A stretch of DNA of 63,755 nucleotides, counting the filler, from Octopus bimaculoides (taxonomy: Eukaryota), in NCBI RefSeq assembly GCF_001194135.2. It is 8 parts of 6 records of this genome, joined end to end, with 100 filler letters (N's around TTAATTAATTAA, not from the genome) between each part and the next. Parts side by side here need not be neighbours in the genome. Positions count along the whole stretch, not along the records: positions 1 to 14,652 come from NC_069003.1; 7 more parts are not named here. One strand, given 5' to 3'. The first letter of the stretch is position 1. Every line of letters starts with the position of its first letter. Of this stretch, positions 1-11,100 are shown piece after piece. A model generated the notes under the pieces. The model had not been told where the DNA came from, did not search any database, and saw only the letters and a program-made list of their open reading frames with translations. The translations under genes were made by a program, and so were the position numbers.

Positions 1-126
1 TTTATTCATATGTCACATGTTTTATAAATTAGCGCTTTCACCTAGTCTTGTAGGCTTATCAAATTTGATAAGCCTACAAGACTAGGTGAAAGCGCTAATT
101 TATAAAACATGTGACATATGAATAAA
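1..126. repeat. Perfect spacer-less palindrome (63-bp arms, centre 63/64; may extend past window start)
   Basis: Bases 64-126 are the exact reverse complement of 1-63. The right arm plus 127-230 is a diverged copy of a repeat also seen at about 37455-37620. Confidence 0.95.
61..101 (+). ncRNA. Minimal type-I hammerhead ribozyme motif with U3-A8 core (mirror copy on minus strand at 26-66)
   Basis: Stem I aaat(61-64)/attt(98-101). Core UUGAUAA (65-71). Stem II gccta/taggt (72-76/83-87). GAAA (88-91). Palindromic stem III agcgct (91-96). Cleavage triplet CUA. Confidence 0.65.
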
Positions 127-240
127 AATCTGTAAATATACAACCATCCAGACATCTGAGTACCTGATTATTATTTTTTCTAATATATAGTTCCTATACA
201 TCACCTCCAAACCTTCCAATATATATATATATAACTGCTA

Positions 241-435
<195 letters not shown>

Positions 436-837
436 TTAAAGAGGATATTGCATAAAATAACTTTAGATTTAATTAAATACGTATTTTTGTCTATTTATGG
501 GTTCTTTAAAAAGAGTAACATAAACCACTACAAAGAAAATAATAGAAACATGTTCGTGATGTACATTTTTCAAAATATAAACATTGCGTAATATGAAATA
601 AAATACATAGAATATATGCAATTAAATATGTTATATAAAACCTCTCAATTTGTACATTAAACACGCACTAATATGCACGCATACGTATATACATAAATAC
701 AAACATATATACACTCATACACATATGTATATATACTTACACACACATATGTATATATACTAACACACACATATGTAGTATATATACTTACACACATACA
801 CACTATATATATATATATATCAATATATAAACATAAA

Positions 838-876
<39 letters not shown>

Positions 877-1257
877 NNNNNNNNNNNNNNNNNNNNNNNN
901 NNNNNNNNNNNNNNNNNNNNNNNNNNNNNNNNNNNNNNNNNNNNNNNNNNNNNNNNNNNNNNNNNNNNNNNNNNNNNNNNNNNNNNNNNNNNNNNNNNNN
1001 NNNNNNNNNNNNNNNNNNNNNNNNNNNNNNNNNNNNNNNNNNNNNNNNNNNNNNNNNNNNNNNNNNNNNNNNNNNNNNNNNNNNNNNNNNNNNNNNNNNN
1101 NNNNNNNNNNNNNNNNNNNNNNNNNNNNNNNNNNNNNNNNNNNNNNNNNNNNNNNNNNNNNNNNNNNNNNNNNNNNNNNNNNNNNNNNNNNNNNNNNNNN
1201 NNNNNNNNNNNNNNNNNNNNNNAACACCAGAACAGGACAAAATGAGATATATACAGA

Positions 1258-1321
1258 ATGCTGATGAGAACACGGATGTTGTTACGTAAGTAAAACGTTA
1301 ATGTTCGAAACTGCAGTCCAT
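1258..1321 (+). ncRNA. Type-I hammerhead ribozyme motif (canonical core) in Src intron, antisense to the gene
   Basis: atg-CUGAUGA(1261-1267)-stem II gaaca/tgttc-GAAA(1307-1310)-palindromic stem III actgcagt-GUC triplet-cat. Flanked by 33-bp inverted repeats 1227-1259/1334-1366 (31/33 match). Confidence 0.8.
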
Positions 1322-1822
1322 AGATAATTCTTTATTCTGTATATTTCTCATTTTGTTCTGTTCTGGAGAACATTATTTTTCTTTGTGGTTGGGTCGTTGA
1401 TGACCTCTTTCTAGCATATTGGATGTCCACCTAGTGGTCATCCCTTATACACGTGTAGTATAATTTTTTCTGAATTTTCAGATTTTTTTATATGCTAGGC
1501 CACTGGGTTTTAAATTAAATTGATATTCAATTTATCACCCTATCTATATAAATAATATGTATATATAGACATAGATACAGAGAGCGAGAGAGAGAGAGAG
1601 AGAGAGAGTTATACATATATACTAACATACATACATGCATATATACATATAAACATACATATATGCATATATATGCATATATATATGCACACATATATAT
1701 ACATACATATGTATGTGTGTACACATATGTGTATGTGCGTGTATGTGGGTATGTGGACGTTTGAGTGTATGTGTATACATATATTCACGCATACGACCTC
1801 CCTTCCTTCGCGCTCTACTCAC

Positions 1823-2082
1823 CTGGGCTGCCATATGTATAAGTTCTTCAAAGCTTAACGCTTCCCCTGTAGGTGAACGCAAGTAAGACAGCAGACTTCC
1901 GTTGCACATAAATTCAGTGACAATGAGAATGGGCTCGCCCACTGAACACACGGCATAGAGGAGGACTAGGTTCTTGTGTTTGCATCTTTTCATTATTTTG
2001 GACTCTTCTAGAAAGCTGTCGGCTGACATTGAACCGGGTTTTAAGGTTTTCACTGCAACTGTGATACTGTTTTTCCAGAGAC
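1823..2082 (-). CDS. Src64B-like: Src-family kinase coding exon (kinase N-lobe to hinge): G-LWKNSITVAVKTLKPGSMSADSFLEESKIMKRCKHKNLVLLYAVCSVGEPILIVTEFMCNGSLLSYLRSPTGEALSFEELIHMAAQ
   Basis: VAVK catalytic Lys, alphaC Glu (FLEE), Thr gatekeeper (IVTEFM). Acceptor ttcccaAG, donor CAG|GTGAGT. 260 nt, phase 1 to phase 0. Confidence 0.96.
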
Positions 2083-2544
2083 CTTGGGAATAATGAAAGA
2101 ACAGATTAAAATCATAACATTATACGCACATACAAAAAAGTTGATATATATATATATATATTCCGTAACAATTTATTTGAAGAGAGTAGAAATTGAAAGA
2201 AAAGAAAGCGAAAAGGACAGAGAGAAAGAAGGTGAAAGATATTCGTAGGTGTATATGAAATAGACGTGTGTGTGTGTGTGTGCGCGTGTGTGTGAGAGAG
2301 AGAAAGAGAAAGAGAGTGATGGAGTGAGTGAAGGTGTGTGTCGTGATGATTGATGTCTTTTAAGGTACACACACATAGAAAATGTGACGTCGTCGTATAA
2401 AATGTTTACGATAGTTGATTTATGGAAAAGACTATAATGGAAATTAAGTTTAATTTGTAGCCGAAATAGTACTGAATCTTTTGATACCCCATACGTCAAA
2501 ATCGGTAACTCGGTTTTGGAATGCACAAGGAATATACGTTGTTG

Positions 2545-2582
<38 letters not shown>

Positions 2583-2816
2583 GAGTGAGAAAGCAGTGCA
2601 TGCCATCAAAGTGACACTGGGGTAAAATATATGAAGCCCAGTATACCCATCATGACTACCCATCTGATAAGGGTACACCAGGCACATGCATCACAACCAT
2701 ATGTGCGCGACATGGTGATCTCATATCAAGATAAACTGCGCATGACCTCGCAGGTGGGGCCCAGAGCATGACCTCGCAGGTGGAGCCCAACATGATCTCG
2801 CAGGTGGGGCTCAGTT
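2583..2816. mobile_element. Short interspersed repeat embedded in (ATT)n on both sides, ending in three 24-26-bp tandem units (catgacctcgcaggtggggccc)
   Basis: Non-microsatellite block between (ATT)n at about 2548-2582 and 2817-2850. Tandem units at 2741-2766, 2767-2790 and 2791-2814. Confidence 0.55.
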
Positions 2817-2900
2817 GTTACTATTATTATCATCATTATTATTATTATTTTTTGTGTTGTTGTTGATGTTGTTGTTGCCTTGTATTGCTTTTACACTTAC

Positions 2901-3065
2901 CTTTTCGTACCTCACCAAACTGTCCGCTACCAAGTACACCGAGAAGTTGTATATCTTCTCGAGGTATTTCCCATTGATCACGCAACTCCTTGGACAAATC
3001 CGAAAGGACGGGTTTACTTTTCACACATGGGGTTGTCAATGACTGGAATATTCCATCCGATGATG
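2901..3065 (-). CDS. Src64B-like: Src-family kinase coding exon (SH2 end, linker, Gly-rich loop): A-SSDGIFQSLTTPCVKSKPVLSDLSKELRDQWEIPREDIQLLGVLGSGQFGEVRK-G
   Basis: WEIP and LGSGQFGEV motifs. Donor G|GTAAGT. Acceptor acaaaAG at 3067-3066 chosen because it keeps phase 1 and the conserved DG..LT.PC segment, so the 5' boundary is slightly less certain. 165 nt. Confidence 0.9.
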
Positions 3066-3878
3066 CTTTTGTTTTTTGAAAAATATGAAGAGAAAAGAAG
3101 AAAAAAATTAGAAATAGAAGAGAAAATTAAAAAAACCCCAAATACGAACAAATAAAAATCAATGTACTGATCAATTTATAGAAGGATTTAAGGTTCAGGA
3201 GGGTGGAAAATTTGATTGAATTAACCCGTAGTATATTATTGGTACATGATTAGCGAAACAAAGGGGTCCCTCAAAGAAGTTACACCTTGCTAGAAATAGC
3301 AGCCAAGCTTACCTTCAGTTTTTCCTTAAATATGAAAAGAAAACGTTGTATGAAGTAGTCCTAGATATACCACAAAAAAAAAAGAAAAACACCAAAATAC
3401 AAAACAAAACAAAAAGAAATTGATGGTCACGGCTGAAACGCCTTTGATTATAGGTCTACTCAACCATGACTAATCAGGAATTAAACAACTGCAGCAACCT
3501 GTATTTGTTATATTAGCTCTTGCATTATTTGTACTAAAAGATGTAAAGGGAGGTAATTGAACTTGGATTCGTAACATACGCAGGCACAATGTTAATGGCA
3601 TGTATAGGGATGATGGTTGCAATGGATTAAATCCAACTCGCCTGTTTCCAAATATTATTTATGAATATCATTTTATATTACTATTCGTGTTTTGTGCTTA
3701 CGAAACTAAATAATGACAATGCAAATAATTAATAACATATCTACAAATATGTATTCTAAATAACATATTCAGCACCTTTTTCTTTCAGCTGTACACACAA
3801 TTGCACACCTACCTACCTACCTACCTACCTACCCATACATACATACATACAGGCATGCATATATATATATATATATCG

Positions 3879-4545
3879 TTTACTCTTTTACTTGTTTCAG
3901 TTATTTGACTGCGGCCATGCTGGAGCACCACCTTTTAGTCGAGCAAATCGACCCCAGGACTTATTCTTTGTAAGCCTAGTACTTATTCTATCAGTCTCTT
4001 TTGCCGAACCGCTAAGTTACGGGGACGTAAATACACTAGCATCTGTTATCAAGCGATGCTGGGGGACAAACACAGACACACAAACACAAACACACACACA
4101 NNNNNNNNNNNNNNNNNNNNNNNNNNNNNNNNNNNNNNNNNNNNNNNNNNNNNNNNNNNNNNNNNNNNNNNNNNNNNNNNNNNNNNNNNNNNNNNNNNNN
4201 NNNNNNNNNNNNNNNNNNNNNNNNNNNNNNNNNNNNNNNNNNNNNNNNNNNNNNNNNNNNNNNNNNNNNNNNNNNNNNNNNNNNNNNNNNNNNNNNNNNN
4301 NNNNNNNNNNNNNNNNNNNNNNNNNNNNNNNNNNNNNNNNNNNNNNNNNNNNNNNNNNNNNNNNNNNNNNNNNNNNNNNNNNNNNTATACGACGGGCTTC
4401 TTTCAGTTTCCGTCTACCAAATCCACTCAAGGCTTTGGTCGGCCCGAGGCTATTGTAGAAGACACTTGCCCAAGTTGCCACGCAGTGGGACTGAACCCGG
4501 GACCATGTGGTTCGTAAGCAAGCTACTTACCACACAGCCACTCCT

Positions 4546-4549
<4 letters not shown>
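3879..4549 (-). mobile_element. tRNA-derived SINE, family A (with internal microsatellite and gap)
   Basis: Reverse complement of the copy at 12621-12998: pol III A/B-box head at the right, (TAAAAGAG)-type tail at the left. The gap 4101-4385 falls at the internal TA/CA microsatellite. Confidence 0.85.
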
Positions 4550-4607
<58 letters not shown>

Positions 4608-5296
4608 GAGAATGCAATCTAGCATGATAACGTGCCTGAAAATCCAGGAAAAACACCAGTGTGGAGTGTATAATAGTAATCAGTTAAACTTCAGGAGAAA
4701 TGAAAAGCAAACAAGATTTAATTCCACGTGTTTATAACTGTTTCATAATTCACTTTTAGTTACATCATTGATTCTGGTTTTTGAAGGTGCATACACATTG
4801 TATACACTTCACATACGCTTTACATACATATATGTGTATATCTATATATGTACACATACAATTATTCAGTTACATAATGAGGTTACCAAATAGAATTATT
4901 CTTCAGAACATATTCAGGACTCCATTGCTTTGTCTCAAATGCACAAAGTAAAAATCATCTCGTTTCATATTTGATTGGTAAATTGGAAAATATTTTAAAG
5001 AAATATCCTATAAACAAGCTGCCCTTTAAAAAATAGAAACACTAACAGTAAAAAAATTGCCTTGTTATTTTTCTCGTTTTTCATTATCATATTCNNNNNN
5101 NNNNNNNNNNNNNNNNNNNNNNNNNNNNNNNNNNNNNNNNNNNNNNNNNNNNNNNNNNNNNNNNNNNNNNNNNNNNNNNNNNNNNNNNNNNNNNNNNNNN
5201 NNNNNNNNNNNNNNNNNNNNNNNNNNNNNNNNNNNNNNNNNNNNNNNNNNNNNNNNNNNNNNNNNNNNNNNNNNNNNNNNNNNNNNNNNNNNNNNN

Positions 5297-6745
5297 CCTC
5301 CTCCTTGGAAACTGCTCCTAATGCTCCAATTACTTACCTCATGTCCCATAACTTTCCTATTTCGCTCCGCAGTGGCTGGTATTTCTCAATCTCTTCTGTT
5401 TCCTTACATATCACCCTCGAATCGTCCGGCATTGCAGCATCTATTTTCTTTGGTTCTTTTTCATCTTTATGGATGATCACGATATCTGGTCGTCTCGCCT
5501 CAATACTTTGTCGCAATGCATGTTAAAATCCCGAGTATTTTGTAATGTTCGTTTTCCATTACTCCCTCTGGCTTGTATACATACCATTGTTCGGCTATCT
5601 CGAGGTTTGCTTTACCGCAAAACAGCCAGTGGACATATCTGGCCACATTGTCGTATCTCCTTTTGTATTCACGTTGTGCGAGCTTACAGCCCTCACTAAC
5701 AATATGCCTTATACTTTCTCCCTTCGCAGAGCACATCCTACACTGTAGCTAGTGAGTGCTTTTATCAATGTGATATTTGGAATAGTTTGTTCTGAAAGCT
5801 TGTTCTTGAGGGCTGCACACCAATGCCTTAGTGGGCCCTTTTAAGTCTCCTTTCTGCAGTCATTGCAATGTTCTTTTCCTATCAATCTCATCTTTATTCT
5901 TCAAGAACTGACTGAGCATTTTCGTGTCCTGCCAAATTTTCTTCATCTGCTCTCTCTGGTCTTTCTTAAATTGTGTTGGATCTACAGCTTCGTTCATTTT
6001 TAAGGTTCCTTGCATTTTCACTGCTTCAATCATTTCTTCTTTACTACCCTTGACATACCAAGCCAGGCTATTCTCCTCTTACCATACACAACCTTCACAA
6101 CACACTAATCCCCGTTCTCCTTTCCTCTTTACATAAACCTTGACACATCACTCTTGGGGTTTTGTTCCTTGTTTATTGTCACTAATTTACGTGTTCTCCG
6201 GGCTATCACTTGTAATTCATGCTTCTTCCAAGGTACTATTCCTGTCCCATATCTCATCAAAGTAACAGCCCACCTGTTAATTGCTCTAATCTTATAGCGG
6301 CCATTTAGCTTTGATTGGAGCGCAAGCCGAGTTCTTCTCAAAAGCTCTTTCCTGCACATTTCTTTCATCTTGTGTTCATTCATCTTATCTCTTTCGATGA
6401 TAACCAGGTACTTATATCCTTCCTCTCCGACTTCCTTTATAGTTTCACCACTTTCCAGCTTGATCCCATGGCTTTTACTGATTTTCCCTCTTTTGAGAAT
6501 CATTACATCACATTTCTCGATCCCAAATTCCATGCCAATATCTTTGCTAATCATCGGCACAGTTACCGTCAAACTCTCAATTTCTTTCTCGGTCTTAGCG
6601 AATAGTTTTAGGTCATCCATAAACCACAGGTTGTTTACTTTCACCCTGCCTAGCATGTACCCCACACGCATCTCTCTTAAAACGCTAGTTAGTGGCAGTA
6701 TGCAGAAAACAAATAGGAGAGGCGACAGACTGCCCCCTTGAAAAT
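5297..6745 (-). mobile_element. 5'-truncated, frameshifted R4/Dong-like non-LTR retrotransposon (RT + CCHC + restriction-like endonuclease)
   Basis: FQGGSLSPLLF and WFMDDLKLF RT motifs, zinc-knuckle region CSAKGESIRHIVSEGC, and RRPDIVII..IDAAMP PD-(D/E)xK-type RLE motif. Truncation abuts (ATT)/(GTT) repeats. Confidence 0.85.
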
Positions 6746-6822
6746 TATCATTATTATTGTTGCTGTTGCTGTTGTTGTTGTTGTTGTTGCTGTTATTATT
6801 ATTATCATTATTATTATTATTG

Positions 6823-6963
6823 TTCAGTAGTTTTATTTTTATAACGTGCTTTCACTTCACTACCGTGCGCAGCTCTGTGTGCCTTGGGTATGTGCTGTAG
6901 TTTGCTGTGATGCTCTTATGGTTACTGTATTGAAAGTGTTTTGCGTAGGATGTGTGCAGTGCC

Positions 6964-6965
<2 letters not shown>
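6823..6965 (-). mobile_element. 3'-end fragment of a second R4/Dong-like family, flanked by (ATT)n on both sides
   Basis: Reverse complement matches 12296-12429 (..GTAHILRKTLSIQ* plus 3' UTR). Confidence 0.8.
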
Positions 6966-7019
<54 letters not shown>

Positions 7020-7036
7020 TTTAGACATCTCCTTAC

Positions 7037-7180
7037 CTGAATAATGTTTAATAAGACCTTCAAGAGAGTCAAAAACTCTTCGTTCGTTGATCCAGAATCG
7101 TTCGTTCCTGCTCATAATTTTGTAATGTTTAACAAAGTTATCGTTAACCTCTTTACTGACAATAGACAGAGCAAAACTAC
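7037..7180 (-). CDS. Src64B-like: Src-family kinase coding exon (SH2 C-half): G-SFALSIVSKEVNDNFVKHYKIMSRNERFWINERRVFDSLEGLIKHYS
   Basis: SH2 motifs (S-F/Y-x-LS, VKHYKI, F-x-SL-x-x-L-I-x-HY). Acceptor ttatttccAG, donor G|GTAAGG. 144 nt, phase 1 to phase 1. Confidence 0.95.
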
Positions 7181-7630
7181 CTGGAAATAATCAAAGATGG
7201 AACGTATAAGTCATTTATTATTATTATTATTACTATTTGTTTGAAGAAGAAATGGAAGAAAACTAAAAAAAAAAGAATTTTGCTGGTGGCAATAAAAATG
7301 TTTTATAAATAGACAACAACAAATGTAAGTGCCATTAAGTGTTTTGTCCGACGCGCTAACGATTCTGCCAGCTTAGAGCAAAGTTAAATATCAGTTTGAA
7401 TCGAATTCAGAAACGTCAATAAGAGCGAGTAAATAGCACAAACTAGTTTTGGCGATGCTCTACCAATTTCATTGATTACTGGCAAACTTTTTCATGTCGT
7501 AGACGACAGATGAGGGTTCTGAAATTTCTTGTTGAACAACCATGAGACGGTGGTGAGTGGGATCTAGGAATAAGGCCTTAGTGCCAAGGGGGCAGCAGCC
7601 CCCAAAAGTTTGGGAACCACTTGTTTAGAG

Positions 7631-7885
7631 TAATGGGTCTCAACCGGGATTCATATGGCCCTCGGGGATCCCTATAAAATCTTGTTAAAAATTATTCTGC
7701 AACAATCTGATTATATTTCTACAAAACAAAATATTTAAGCATTTTTATACAATTCCTAATAATATTTAATTATAAATATATAATAAATGTGTTTTTAGAC
7801 ATCGAATGCCGATGAGAGTCGCCACCCCCGAGTAAAATAGAAATCAAAGGGGTCAATAGGCAAAAATGGTTGAGAATCAAATGTT
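7631..7885. mobile_element. Degenerate hAT/Charlie-type MITE
   Basis: Ends resemble CAGTGGTTCTCAACC-type TIRs (..gggtctcaacc at left, ggttgagaatca.. at right). Same TIR type as 21861-22406. Confidence 0.5.
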
Positions 7886-8703
7886 TGCGCTTTACATTAG
7901 GTCACTCCCTCCATCAAATTGTAGTGGTTGCAAAGCAACGTGAGAACACAATGCATCACCTCGTCCAGGGATCGAAAGTACGGTCTTGCAATCGTGAGTG
8001 TGACATTCTAACCACTAGACCACGCGCCTTCCCTAACAGTAATATCGCAAGCCGTTAAAATAGCTGATTGGGTAGACTGATGAAATTGGATGACCGGATG
8101 GAAGGAAGAGAAATTGAAGATCTAATGAGGGCCCCACCACACGGTTACCTGATATGCTAGAAATAATAACCTAATTCCTTCCAATCTTTTAACTGTTTCA
8201 GAAGAAGAACACGCTATATAAAGTCATGTTAAGTATACAAAAAGATAGTACGATCAAGATTGATCTGGAGGTTGACAACAACAAAAGATCGGTGGTTCGC
8301 ATCATTTTCTCTCAAATTGCTCAGTCTGCCTAACTGTAAATAGGTACAAGAGAGTACATCTATCCGCTTTTATTACCGATTCATTCACCATCAATCCAGG
8401 ATGATTGATCCGTAATAACACCGGTTGGCGATCTGTCAAAGATTCTGCATGGACCGCAAAAGCACGCCCCAGCGACCATCCACAATGCTCAGGACAATTT
8501 GGAGTCTCGGAGTGAGACGTATTTCCCCCTCATGTCCTGTTATCCATTTACCACTATTTTATTTAACATGATGGGATCTTTTTGGTTTGACGGGCAACAT
8601 TTTTCATTTATGTTTTATGTAGTGCTTTTGGTACCGAAACACTTTCAAACTTCGTATACTTGTATATTTTGTATTATAGAACAGATAAAAAATTTTGTAT
8701 TCG

Positions 8704-8894
8704 AAGTTATTTCATCTAAAAAGTTGTCGTATTTCGGTAATTTCAACCAATCACTGACGTCTATTAAGGTGAAAACAATTACTGCCGTAAGAATGTAAAC
8801 AACATTTCTAACGGTTGTAACTGTATTCAGCTGAATAGACGTCAGTGATTGGTTGAAATTACAGAAATACGACAACTTTAACATGAAATAACTT
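8704..8894. mobile_element. MITE-like hairpin element, about 60-bp inverted arms with 68-bp spacer
   Basis: 8720-8765 versus reverse complement of 8834-8879 match at 45/46, with an extra 12-bp outer arm (8704-8715/8883-8894). Confidence 0.8.
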
Positions 8895-10661
8895 ATTAAG
8901 AACTAATTTTTGTTAAGAAGGCTAAGAGAAAAAGTTGTTTTATATGACACATTCTACCAGTATCNNNNNNNNNNNNNNNNNNNNNNNNNNNNNNNNNNNN
9001 NNNNNNNNNNNNNNNNNNNNNNNNNNNNNNNNNNNNNNNNNNNNNNNNNNNNNNNNNNNNNNNNNNNNNNNNNNNNNNNNNNNNNNNNNNNNNNNNNNNN
9101 NNNNNNNNNNNNNNNNNNNNNNNNNNNNNNNNNNNNNNNNNNNNNNNNNNNNNNNNNNNNNNNNNNNNNNNNNNNNNNNNNNNNNNNNNNNNNNNNNNNN
9201 NNNNNNNNNNNNNNNNNNNNNNNNNNNNNNNNNNNNNNNNNNNNNNNNNNNNNNNNNNNNNNNNNNNNNNNNNNNNNNNNNNNNNNNNNNNNNNNNNNNN
9301 NNNNNNNNNNNNNNNNNNNNNNNNNNNNNNNNNNNNNNNNNNNNNNNNNNNNNNNNNNNNNNNNNNNNNNNNNNNNNNNNNNNNNNNNNNNNNNNNNNNN
9401 NNNNNNNNNNNNNNNNNNNNNNNNNNNNNNNNNNNNNNNNNNNNNNNNNNNNNNNNNNNNNNNNNNNNNNNNNNNNNNNNNNNNNNNNNNNNNNNNNNNN
9501 NNNNNNNNNNNNNNNNNNNNNNNNNNNNNNNNNNNNNNNNNNNNNNNNNNNNNNNNNNNNNNNNNNNNNNNNNNNNNNNNNNNNNNNNNNNNNNNNNNNN
9601 NNNNNNNNNNNNNNNNNNNNNNNNNNNNNNNNNNNNNNNNNNNNNNNNNNNNNNNNNNNNNNNNNNNNNNNNNNNNNNNNNNNNNNNNNNNNNNNNNNNN
9701 NNNNNNNNNNNNNNNNNNNNNNNNNNNNNNNNNNNNNNNNNNNNNNNNNNNNNNNNNNNNNNNNNNNNNNNNNNNNNNNNCCTCACATCCCCTCATCCCA
9801 TCCCATCCTTTCCCTCAGTTCCTCCCCTCCCCCATCCTCCCCTCCTTCTCCCTCCCCCTCCTTTCTACTTTGGGTCTCTCCATTTCCTTACTCTGAATCA
9901 TCCAATTTGCTAATTTGGTTCTTCCAATTCCTTCCTCTGGACTTTTCAATTCTCTTTTCGAGATTTCTAATTTCCCTACTATGGATCTCCTTACTCCACG
10001 ACCCTCCTACCACCTTAGTTTGGATTTTCTACCTCCTCATTCTGGATCTTTCTATTTCCATATCCTGGATCTCCTAATTTCTTTGGTCTAAATCCCTCAA
10101 TTTCTCTTTGGATTTCCCTTCACCCTACTCTAGGCCACTTCATTTCCATATTCTGGATCTCTTCCTTATCTCTTTATTCTAGATGCTAAATTTCTTATCC
10201 CCGAACCTCTTCATGCCCTGATCCCTAATTTTAAATCATCCTATCTTGGGCATCCTAATATGTTTACTTTCGATTTCTCCCTTCCCATGTTCCAGATATT
10301 TCTATCCCTTTTCTCAGGATTTTTCCATTTTCATCTTCCAGATTACCCCTTCTTCTTACTTCATATCTCTGGATCGCTCTAGATATCCCCATTTCATTCC
10401 GGATCACTCTTCCCCTTACTCTATGCCACTCCAGATCCATATTCTTGATCATTCCCTCTTACTCCTGTTCCCTCCATCTCATTACACTGGATAACCTACA
10501 GTTTTCACTCTAAATCATCACATTTTCATTCTTTAGATCGTTCCATTTCTTTTCTCTGGATCAAAGCTAACTTTCTTTCCGCCATAATAACCCCCACAAA
10601 AAACAAACAAACAAAACAACCATGTAAACGAAATAGAAAATATAAAACTGTTTTGACTTAC

Positions 10662-10760
10662 GGTTTGGTTTCCAAGGAGTCGGCGATGGTAATATAATTG
10701 TAAGGAACAAATCCTTCTTCCCCTGTCGTATTGTGGCGTACATACCACCATTCCGCGTCG
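10662..10760 (-). CDS. Src64B-like: Src-family kinase coding exon (SH3 C-half): S-DAEWWYVRHNTTGEEGFVPYNYITIADSLETK-P
   Basis: SH3 WW and GxxPxNY motifs. Acceptor tttgcaatccAG, donor CC|GTAAGT. 99 nt, phase 2 to phase 2. Confidence 0.95.
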
Positions 10761-10909
10761 CTGGATTGCAAAGAAAAAAAAAACAGTCGTTAGCTCTTAG
10801 GAGTCAAAAGTCATTAAGTTTGGTTTCTGACTAACACCAGCTTTACGGTGAAGGGCTTAAGTCCGAAACGTTATACTTTTGATTGGCGCGAGGAGTGATA
10901 AAACTGAAC

Positions 10910-11100
10910 TATGATAGTATAGCACTGAACTGAGTAAGTATGATACTAAACTATGGTAGTATGGCATTGAGCTATGTTAGTATAGTACTGAACTAAAATA
11001 TTATGGTGCTGAAGTATAATAGTTTTGCGCTAGATTATGAGAGTATGGTACTGAACTATATTTGGAGAATACTATTATGGAGCTGAATTATGATCATCAG
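10910..11100. repeat. Decayed minisatellite (about 21-23-bp unit, gtatggtactgaactatgata-like) in Src intron
   Basis: Recurring actgaactat/gtat(g/a)gtactg units. Confidence 0.6.

Noticed and set aside
10540-10600. Minus-strand AERKLAL segment as the missing SH2 N-half exon
   Set aside because: No W-Y/F start, no FLxRES motif, no suitable acceptor, and an in-frame stop follows.
10838-10872. Hammerhead-like ..cggtga-agg-gcttaagt-cc-GAAA-cgtt
   Set aside because: The 5' core is too degenerate and stem I is not convincing; at most a dead copy.
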